Origin: an uncultured archaeon
GTDB taxonomy: Archaea > Altiarchaeota > Altiarchaeia > IMC4 > SCGC-AAA252-I15
Direction: 5' to 3'
Assembly (NCBI GenBank): GCA_964587725.1
Contig: CAZPLO010000006.1
Coordinates: 1 to 20,537 of the forward strand
Length of the DNA stretch: 20,537 bases
Shown: in pieces, positions 14,136 to 20,537 of the stretch
Layout of the letters: each line of letters starts with the position of its first letter
Numbering within the stretch: position 1 is the stretch's first letter
The notes under the pieces: generated by a model
Seen by the model: only the letters and a program-made list of their open reading frames with translations
What the model was told of the DNA's origin: nothing
The model's database searches: none
Translations under genes and position numbers: made by a program

Positions 14136-15563
14136 ATGAGGGGGCAGGTGTCTCTGGAGCTGCTTGTCGTATTGTCGGTTGTGTTGACTGTCATAGGATA
14201 CGTTACGTTGGTGGCGCAGCGGGAGTACGAGGGCTCCAGGATGACGTTGGACGCGGTGAAAGCCCGGACGGCGTTGAGGATACTGCGCGAAGCGGGCGAA
14301 GACGTGTACGCCCAGGGAGAAGGCGCCTCGAAGAGGGTGTTTGTTGACGTGCCGGACAGGATAGTGGACAGCTGGGTGTCCGGGACGTCGCTCCGGTACA
14401 GGATGAACCTGGGCGGCAGCATACAGGATGTCTTGGAGGTGGCTGGCGTCTGCGTCACAGGGTACCTGCCCGAAGGCGGAGGCGGGCAGTGGGTGCGCGT
14501 GCGGAGCAGCGGAGGCTGCGTCCGATACGGTGAAAGCCTGCTCACGGTCCAGCCGTCGAGGCTCAGCTTCAGAGTCTACGCAGGCGGCGTCGAAGAGAAG
14601 ATTCTCACGGTAACGAGTTACAGCAACGACTCCATGACCGTGTATGCTGAGCTGGAGTCGGAGATAGTGGATGTCCTGCCGGAGTCCGCGGTGCTGCCGC
14701 CTTATGGTTGGGTGAACTTCACAGTCACAGCCAACCCCCCAGCCGGCGAAGACCCGGGATACAGGTACGCGCGGCTGACCGTAAACGGCACCGAAACACA
14801 CTACGTGGACGTGTCAACGTATGTGCTGGCGAACACGTCTCTTAGCATCCACCCAGGGGAGTGGAACCCCACAATCGGGGCCGGCGAGCCGCGGAGCCAG
14901 CCGTGGGTGATATGCAACAACGGCGACGACACCGTATCAGATATCGTGTTGTCAGACAGTTTCGGGTGGGCCGCGTACCCCGGCGGAGACACGGTGTCTC
15001 TCAGGTCGGGGGAATGCGACACCGTCGAATCCATAGTCACCGTGCCGGCCGACACACCGTATGGAATCTACACGGGAGCGTTCACCGCCGAATCCGGCTC
15101 CCTGGCTGCGGTGGCGGCGGTCGAGATTACGGTGGTGGAGGGAGTCAACGGCACCGACATAGTCATACTGCCGAGGGAGTGGAATGTGACGTTGTGGCAG
15201 GGATACAGCGAAGTGAAGAAGTACACCATATGCAACCTCGGCGACACGTTGTTCGACGACGTCGCATTAACCACCTCCGGGTCCGCGGACTGGATGAACT
15301 TCAGCCTAGGCCGCGACATCGGACTGTTGGACGACGGAGAATGCGTCAACAACATGGGGAACCTGACGGTGCCGGAGTCGGAGGCTGCGGGGGTATACCC
15401 GGGCCAGATAACCGTTTCAGCCGGCAACCAGAGCTCATACTCGGATGTGACAGTGTACGTATACCGTCTATTGGAAGTGGACGTGAGCAACGTCAGCAGG
15501 TGCATGGGGCCGATGAAGGAGACAGTCAACGTAAACAGTGTCAGGAGGTGCGTGGGTGGCTAG
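14136..15563 (+). CDS. Type IV pilin-like protein (class III signal peptide) with three C-terminal Ig-like domains, 475 aa
   Basis: MRG/QVSLE-LLVVLSVVLTVIGYV (Q+1, E+5), then pilin-like EAGEDVYAQGEGASKRVFVDVP. Three ~100-aa units of the form L.I.P..W...ICN.GD...L..GEC...TVP...G.Y.G follow, the first more diverged. Confidence 0.85.
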   Translation: MRGQVSLELLVVLSVVLTVIGYVTLVAQREYEGSRMTLDAVKARTALRILREAGEDVYAQGEGASKRVFVDVPDRIVDSWVSGTSLRYRMNLGGSIQDVLEVAGVCVTGYLPEGGGGQWVRVRSSGGCVRYGESLLTVQPSRLSFRVYAGGVEEKILTVTSYSNDSMTVYAELESEIVDVLPESAVLPPYGWVNFTVTANPPAGEDPGYRYARLTVNGTETHYVDVSTYVLANTSLSIHPGEWNPTIGAGEPRSQPWVICNNGDDTVSDIVLSDSFGWAAYPGGDTVSLRSGECDTVESIVTVPADTPYGIYTGAFTAESGSLAAVAAVEITVVEGVNGTDIVILPREWNVTLWQGYSEVKKYTICNLGDTLFDDVALTTSGSADWMNFSLGRDIGLLDDGECVNNMGNLTVPESEAAGVYPGQITVSAGNQSSYSDVTVYVYRLLEVDVSNVSRCMGPMKETVNVNSVRRCVGG

Positions 15564-15565
15564 AA

Positions 15566-15572
15566 TTTATTA
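15566..15572 (+). promoter_or_regulatory. Possible internal TATA-like element
   Basis: TTTATTA lies 26-32 nt before ATG 15598, in the only sizeable gap (34 bp) of the cluster. Confidence 0.35.
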
Positions 15573-15597
15573 CGACGCAGGAAGAATACAGTATCGT

Positions 15598-17040
15598 ATG
15601 AGGTGGGCTTGCATGTTTTTGGCGCTGCTGGCCGCGTCGGCTGCAGCCCAGTGGGACAATACGGGATACGATTACAGGCGGCAGGTGACCTTCACCGAGC
15701 CGGCGGGGGTGGCGAGAACCAGCGACCACATCCGCTTCGCCGTCGGACTGCAGGAGTTCAGGAGCACCGGCGATATGGCATTGTACTGTGGAGGCAGCCA
15801 GATGCCGCTGGAAACACATGTGCTGTCGATGAGCGGGGGATGGGCCACTAGTATTCAGGCGGTGGCTGAACTAGACTTCACAGCGGACGAGGTGAAGGAC
15901 TGCTACGTATACTATGACGCGGACGGCGGCGGCACAATGGACTTGACTGTGGCAGGTTGGGATACCGCGGGCCAGACTGGGGTTTCAGGATGCAACGTGG
16001 TCGACATCACCCCATCTTCAACCGACTGCTACGCACACTATAACGCGTTGAACTACTACGGCAGCGACATAGTCATCTGCGGCGGCACAGACTACATCAA
16101 ACTGAACGGATGGTGCTACTTAAAGGCCCCCTCCACAACCAACGAGCAGTTCCGGGTGTGGAGCGACGACGGGTCCGTACTCTACATGGAAGACTCCGCC
16201 GTGGTAACAGACGATAGCTGCCACAGCCCCCGGTGGAGCAGCTACGGGTACCGGGACACCGACGCGGGAAGATTCTACGCCATGAAGGTGTATTACGCGG
16301 AGCAGGGGGGGCAGGCTAGGATACAGCCCGTATACGACGGAGACAACGTCTTCGACACCGAATGCTACGGGTTTTTGGGGGATGAGTGGACTGTTTCCGT
16401 GAGCGTCGGCTCCGAGGAGCTGCGGAACCAGCCGCCGGCGCAGACCGGCAGTTCAGTGAACCCGGACCCCGGCGGATGGTTTGAAGGCTTCACATACAGT
16501 GTGGACTTCACGGAACCCGACGGGGACTCGGTGGACTGCGTGTTCAGCGTCTACCGCCCGTCCACCGGGACGTGGGAGGGGATAGGCTCCGACAGCGGAA
16601 CAACAGGGTGTTCACTCACACACACGCCGTTCTCGTGTTCGGACGTTGGCGTCAGCCAGTGGAGCGTGGCATACGATGACGGAACACACGCGGGCACTTG
16701 GGGTCCGTGGAGCGGACCCACGCTGACGGGCGAATGCTGCGACAACCCCATAGACTTCGAGTACACACTCGACTACTCCGGCACCGCCGTGCAGGGGCGC
16801 CTGTACTTCGACAAAGGCAACTGGGACCCTGGAGACTACCACTGCTTCAGCATAGACGACACACCGGTGGCTGCGTTGAACAGTTACACAAGTGAAGGAG
16901 TAACTATAACCAATGCGACGCTGATGTCGCCGGGCGCCCACACATTGACGGTGACACTGTCGGCGTCGGACTCATGCCTGCCGGACTCGCTGAACCAGTG
17001 GAACGTGTCCAACATCAACTTCGAACTAACGTACTATTGA
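15598..17040 (+). CDS. Secreted protein with a DUF2341-like N-domain, a PA14-like domain and C-terminal beta-sandwich domains, ~480 aa
   Basis: Class I signal peptide MRWACMFLALLAASAAA/QW. W...YDYRRQVTF...CYVYYD resembles DUF2341. FRVWSDDGSVLYME...YAMKVYYAEQGGQARI matches the PA14 core. No C-terminal TM helix. Start chosen at 15598 rather than 15538. Confidence 0.75.
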   Translation: MRWACMFLALLAASAAAQWDNTGYDYRRQVTFTEPAGVARTSDHIRFAVGLQEFRSTGDMALYCGGSQMPLETHVLSMSGGWATSIQAVAELDFTADEVKDCYVYYDADGGGTMDLTVAGWDTAGQTGVSGCNVVDITPSSTDCYAHYNALNYYGSDIVICGGTDYIKLNGWCYLKAPSTTNEQFRVWSDDGSVLYMEDSAVVTDDSCHSPRWSSYGYRDTDAGRFYAMKVYYAEQGGQARIQPVYDGDNVFDTECYGFLGDEWTVSVSVGSEELRNQPPAQTGSSVNPDPGGWFEGFTYSVDFTEPDGDSVDCVFSVYRPSTGTWEGIGSDSGTTGCSLTHTPFSCSDVGVSQWSVAYDDGTHAGTWGPWSGPTLTGECCDNPIDFEYTLDYSGTAVQGRLYFDKGNWDPGDYHCFSIDDTPVAALNSYTSEGVTITNATLMSPGAHTLTVTLSASDSCLPDSLNQWNVSNINFELTYY

Positions 17041-17041
17041 A

Positions 17042-17428
17042 ATGAAAGGCCAGGTCACAGTAGACTTCATGATAGCAGTCGGCATGGCGCTGGTGTTCTT
17101 CATACTGCTGGTGAACGCAGCCTACGGCAACAGCCGGCACGCCGCTGAAATGGAGCTCCGCTACTCAGCATACGACGTCCTGGAGACGGTGGCGTACGGC
17201 GTCAACTCCATCGGGGTATGCGGTCGGGGGTGCAGCACCACCGTGAACCTGCCCGCTACACTGAGGGGCGGCATACCATACAGCCTCACCTTCTACCCCG
17301 GCAGTGTATTGTTGAACGCCAGCGGCAGATACTACGGCCGGCAGACGCTGACCGGCGCATCAGGGACCGTCGAATCCGGGACGGTGAGAATATACTACGA
17401 CGGAGGGGTGGTGGTGGAGGATGCGTAG
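17042..17428 (+). CDS. Small type IV pilin-like protein, 128 aa
   Basis: MKG/QVTVD-FMIAVGMALVFFILLV, then VAYGVNSIGVCGRGCSTTVNLP, which parallels the pilin body of the 14136 gene. Confidence 0.85.
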   Translation: MKGQVTVDFMIAVGMALVFFILLVNAAYGNSRHAAEMELRYSAYDVLETVAYGVNSIGVCGRGCSTTVNLPATLRGGIPYSLTFYPGSVLLNASGRYYGRQTLTGASGTVESGTVRIYYDGGVVVEDA

Positions 17429-17903
17429 GGGCCAGATATCCACCATAGACCTGGTGGTGGCATCGCTGATTATGGTGTTGATACTACTGTCGGTGATGGA
17501 TGTGTGGAATACCGTGGTCGTGCGTTTCAGCAGCTTCAGCGAGTCCATGACGCTGCGTAGGGAGGCGCTGCAGGCCGCGGAACTGCTGGTGAAGACACCC
17601 GGCTCGCCTGCCGGCTGGGATGATGGGACCGTGAACGCCACCGCAGTATCGTACATGGGTCTTGTGAACAGGGAGAACGTGTTGGACGAAGGCAAACTGG
17701 AGGCGCTGGCGGCGGCAGACTACGGTGACTTGAAGGCCATACTGGGTTTGAACCGGGACTTCAGACTGGAGATAATGGAGTTGGGTGGGGGGACACTGTA
17801 TGAAGCCGGGATTTCATTGGATGATGACGCGGTGTTGGTGGAGCGTTTCGCACTATACAACGACACGTTGACGGGGGTGAAACTCACCTTGTACGAAAGA
17901 TGA
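17421..17903 (+). CDS. Type IV pilin-like protein, 160 aa
   Basis: MRRG/QISTID-LVVASLIMVLILL and an LVKTPGSPAGW motif. 8-bp overlap with the previous gene and GGTGG/GGAGG upstream. Confidence 0.85.
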   Translation: MRRGQISTIDLVVASLIMVLILLSVMDVWNTVVVRFSSFSESMTLRREALQAAELLVKTPGSPAGWDDGTVNATAVSYMGLVNRENVLDEGKLEALAAADYGDLKAILGLNRDFRLEIMELGGGTLYEAGISLDDDAVLVERFALYNDTLTGVKLTLYER

Positions 17904-18280
17904 CAGGCATACTCACGCTGGACTCCATTACCGCGCTGTTGATTGCGACGGTGGTGTTGACGGCGGTGTTGGGGATGGTTTCGCAGCCGAAGGGCTCCGA
18001 CACCGAGTATTTGTATCAGGTGTCCCTCGACCTCCTCACCATACTGGAGGAGAACGGCGGCCTGCATGAGACTGTGGACGGCGGGGACAGCCGGCTGGAT
18101 GAGGTGGAGGCGCTGCTGCCGGAACGCTTCTGCTACCGCCTCGACGTAAGGGAGAGCGGCGTGCTGGCCTACACCGGCGACAGAGGATGCGTTGAATCAC
18201 AGGACTACAGCATAGGGAGGCGGGCGTTCGTTTCAGGGGGGAGAATGTATGTCGCGGAGATGAGGGTGTGGTTCAAGTGA
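17900..18280 (+). CDS. Pilin-like protein with an atypical class III-like N-terminus, 126 aa
   Basis: MTG/ILTLD-SITALLIATVVLTAVLG (acidic +5 and hydrophobic helix, but no basic residue before Gly), then SLDLLTILEENG. ATGA overlap. Confidence 0.7.
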   Translation: MTGILTLDSITALLIATVVLTAVLGMVSQPKGSDTEYLYQVSLDLLTILEENGGLHETVDGGDSRLDEVEALLPERFCYRLDVRESGVLAYTGDRGCVESQDYSIGRRAFVSGGRMYVAEMRVWFK

Positions 18281-19599
18281 AGAAGGGTTTCTTGTTTTCG
18301 GTGCTGACGTTCCTGCTAACATTGAGCATGCTCACCCTCGCAGCATACTACATTACCCTGCACCCGGTGTCCGGCGTTTACGCTGAGAAGACGGCCAACG
18401 TGTTCGGGGACGCCGCATCAGACTACAGGTCGCTGCTGTCCGTGGACGTTGAAATACTCGACGGCTCCGTCGTGTTCACCGACGTGTTCCCCTACGTGAA
18501 CGGCACACAGTACGTCAACGACTACGAAGAGTTCATTGAGGGCGAATACGCGGGGGTTCTGAACACCGACATAGAATTGGACGCGGGACAGCCGCACATG
18601 GTGGTGGAGCCCGCCGGCATAGTATACGGCTACAGCACATACAATAAGCCGTCCATCCGAATATATAATGCCTCCGGAGGCGCCGACGGAGTAGACGGCT
18701 ATGACGTATACGTCTCCGCGGATAAGCCGCTGTTGAACGTGACAGAAGACGAATCCGGCACCGGCTTAACGGTGAGGTTGAACGGGTCCTTCAGCAACGG
18801 CACATACTACGGCACACACACGGTCGCTCCAGACACACAGTCGGCGTTCACGTTCACATTAGACGACTCTAAATTGATAGTGGAGGTGGGAGCCAACGTA
18901 ATAGACGGCGTGGGACGGAACGGTTCACTGGTCATCAGGAGAACGGGAGACGTTATATCGGAGGTCACAGTTGCAGTCCTCTTCGACGACACCGCAGGTT
19001 ATGGGGTGCGGACGGACATGTACCTGAACGTTTCTGACGTCGTCAGCAAGGGGGACTGGCTGTGGCTCACCCCCCCGGTGACACCAGGTCAACAGCCGAC
19101 GACACCGCCGACATCCACCTCTTCAACGACGTCTACGGCGACATCAACCCCAACATCTACTGCATCTTCAACCTCTACTTCAACATCCACGTCAACGACC
19201 CCAGAGACGTGCGGCGCACACTGCACCGGATTAGGATACGGCGGAGGCACGTGCAGGCAGAACCCCAACCAATGCAGCAACAACGGGGAAACACACGAAA
19301 CAGGCGGCGACACATACTGTACTGCGGGGCCGCAGGCTGACACGTGCTGCTGCGCGCCCGGCTCCACTTCATCGTCAACAGCATCAGCGTCCACGGCATC
19401 CTCAGCCCCTTCAACGTCTCCCTCGACTTCAACGACCACGACAACCTCCTGCGAAGGATACTGCACGGGACAGGGCTACGGCGGCGGAACCTGCAGGCAG
19501 AACCCCAACCAATGCAGCAACAACGGGGAAACACACGAAACAGGCGGCGACACATACTGCACCGGCGGACCCAGCCAGGACACATGCTGCTGCGTGTGA
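18277..19599 (+). CDS. Pilin-like protein with a beta-rich body, Ser/Thr linkers and two C-terminal 8-Cys modules, ~440 aa
   Basis: GTG start overlaps the previous stop (GTGA). MKKG/FLFSV-LTFLLTLSMLTLAAYYI. Pro/Thr/Ser linker at about 19070-19209. Cys modules at 19210 and 19450. Confidence 0.8.
   Translation: MKKGFLFSVLTFLLTLSMLTLAAYYITLHPVSGVYAEKTANVFGDAASDYRSLLSVDVEILDGSVVFTDVFPYVNGTQYVNDYEEFIEGEYAGVLNTDIELDAGQPHMVVEPAGIVYGYSTYNKPSIRIYNASGGADGVDGYDVYVSADKPLLNVTEDESGTGLTVRLNGSFSNGTYYGTHTVAPDTQSAFTFTLDDSKLIVEVGANVIDGVGRNGSLVIRRTGDVISEVTVAVLFDDTAGYGVRTDMYLNVSDVVSKGDWLWLTPPVTPGQQPTTPPTSTSSTTSTATSTPTSTASSTSTSTSTSTTPETCGAHCTGLGYGGGTCRQNPNQCSNNGETHETGGDTYCTAGPQADTCCCAPGSTSSSTASASTASSAPSTSPSTSTTTTTSCEGYCTGQGYGGGTCRQNPNQCSNNGETHETGGDTYCTGGPSQDTCCCV
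19210..19593 (+). repeat. Tandem 48-aa Cys-rich modules (19210..19353 and 19450..19593), period 240 bp
   Basis: Both read C-x3-C-x9-C-x6-C-x14-C-x8-CCC. They share a 68-bp identical DNA core (19252..19319 = 19492..19559) and are separated by a 32-aa Ser/Thr linker. Confidence 0.93.
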
Positions 19600-19603
19600 G
19601 GCG

Positions 19604-19630
19604 TTAAATACTATTTTATTTAATAATACA
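19604..19630 (+). promoter_or_regulatory. AT-rich intergenic patch: probable TATA box for parA, possibly also an oligo-T terminator of the pilin cluster
   Basis: TTAAATA at 19604-19610 is 25-31 nt before ATG 19635 and is followed by CTATTTTATTTAATAATA. Confidence 0.45.
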
Positions 19631-19634
19631 TGTG

Positions 19635-20537
19635 ATGCTGTCCGAACGCAACCTCCTTAAGGTGCTGCCCGACAGGGAGGTGAAGGTGGGGGAGGTCGCA
19701 TCTGCGTTCAAGACCGGGAAAGACAGGATTCTCGAAGTCGCGGAGAGGCTTCGGCGAAAAGGCTGCGTCAGAATCCGGAAGCCACTGTTCCGCGAGCACA
19801 GGATACTGAAGACCGGCGAATACCCGGAAGGCGAATGCCGGGTCATAGCCGTGGTGAACCTGAAAGGCGGGGTAGGTAAGACGCTGACGACCGTGAACCT
19901 CGCCGCCGCGCTCGCGGCACGCGACAGAAAAGTGTTGGCTGTTGACCTGGACCCGCAGGCCAACGCCACATCCGCGGTGAAGGCCGGTTCAGACAAGACA
20001 ATCTACGATGTTCTGGTGGGCGGGGAACCCACCGCCTCCGCGGTGAAGGAAACATACGGGTTCCACATAATCCCGTCTGAAATAGATTTGGCGGGGGCGG
20101 AGGTGGAGCTGATGGGCTCCGACGGAGTATTCCGCCTCCGCGAGGCACTGGATGAAGTCAAAAGCAGATACGATTACGTGCTCGTAGACTGCCCGCCGTC
20201 ATTGAGTCTGCTGTCCATAAACGCCGTAGCCGCGGCCGACGAGCTGCTGGTTCCCGTGCAATGCGACGGATTCGCGTTGAACAGCCTCAATAAGCTCATG
20301 GAGGCGCTGAAGCTGCTGGAGGAAGTCAACCCGGAAGCGCACGTGGGAGGGATACTGTTGACCATGCAGGACGACACGGGGTTGGCGGCGGACGTGTCCC
20401 GGAAGGTGAGGCGGGAATACGGGGACAGAGTGTATGAGACGGTGGTGCCGCGGGACCCCGCAGTGGGGGAGTCCGCCGAAAAAGGCGTGCCTGTTACGCA
20501 GACGGGGTCGCCGGCCGCCAGGGCATACGTTAAAGTC
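19635..20537 (+). CDS. parA: ParA/Soj-family ATPase with an N-terminal winged-helix-like extension, 3'-truncated (not in the ORF track)
   Basis: Manual translation: MLSERNLLKVLPDREVKVGEVASAFKTGKDRILEVAERLRRKGCVRIRKPLFREHRILK...RVIAVVNLKGGVGKTLTTVNLAAALA..VLAVDLDPQANAT...IIPSEIDLAGAEVEL...YDYVLVDCPPSLSLLSINAVAAADELLVPVQCD. Deviant Walker A at 19863-19883. Open to the window end. Confidence 0.9.
   Translation, partial: MLSERNLLKVLPDREVKVGEVASAFKTGKDRILEVAERLRRKGCVRIRKPLFREHRILKTGEYPEGECRVIAVVNLKGGVGKTLTTVNLAAALAARDRKVLAVDLDPQANATSAVKAGSDKTIYDVLVGGEPTASAVKETYGFHIIPSEIDLAGAEVELMGSDGVFRLREALDEVKSRYDYVLVDCPPSLSLLSINAVAAADELLVPVQCDGFALNSLNKLMEALKLLEEVNPEAHVGGILLTMQDDTGLAADVSRKVRREYGDRVYETVVPRDPAVGESAEKGVPVTQTGSPAARAYVKV

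Noticed and set aside
14099-14545. N-terminal extension of gatA in the 572-aa ORF
   Set aside because: It overlaps the promoter-like spacer and the well-supported plus-strand pilin gene, and has no amidase-like sequence.
15538-15597. Longer start for the PA14 protein
   Set aside because: It overlaps the previous gene. A clean signal peptide and a TATA-like box fit ATG 15598.
19210-19593. Diversity-generating retroelement TR/VR pair (also considered for 4652/5639)
   Set aside because: Mismatches are not adenine-specific or are absent, both copies are in-frame coding, and there is no reverse transcriptase in the window.
12856-20377. Alternate-frame ORFs over gatA, the pilin genes and parA (e.g. 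12893..13618, 14109..14801, 14861..15601, 19616..19996)
   Set aside because: They overlap better-supported genes almost entirely, and their Arg/His-rich or mirror compositions are typical of shadow frames.
1-20537. tRNA, rRNA or other structured ncRNA genes
   Set aside because: The window is almost fully coding. The largest intergenic gaps are 34-37 bp and no cloverleaf was seen.

Overview
Archaeal window. DPANN/Altiarchaeota-like affinity is inferred from class III signal peptides, TATA-like boxes about 25-30 nt before start codons, dense N-x-S/T sequons and Thr-rich linkers. It contains: (1) a 5'-truncated giant membrane-anchored surface glycoprotein gene (2..11845, at least 3947 aa) with about 16 Ig-like repeats, a beta-helix, three Gly-rich units, a Thr stalk, one TM helix and an unusual ~370-aa basic repetitive cytoplasmic tail; (2) a translationally coupled wHTH regulator and a DUF1003 membrane protein; (3) gatA on the minus strand, sharing a 37-bp palindromic intergenic region with (4) a six-gene cluster of five type IV pilin-like proteins plus a secreted PA14-domain protein, the last pilin-like protein ending in two tandem 8-Cys defensin-like modules; and (5) a 3'-truncated ParA/Soj ATPase with an N-terminal winged-helix extension that the ORF track misses. 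The best candidate for an undescribed system is the pilin cluster with lectin-like and defensin-like modules next to the wHTH-ParA. All family calls come from motif recognition by eye; no database search was run.
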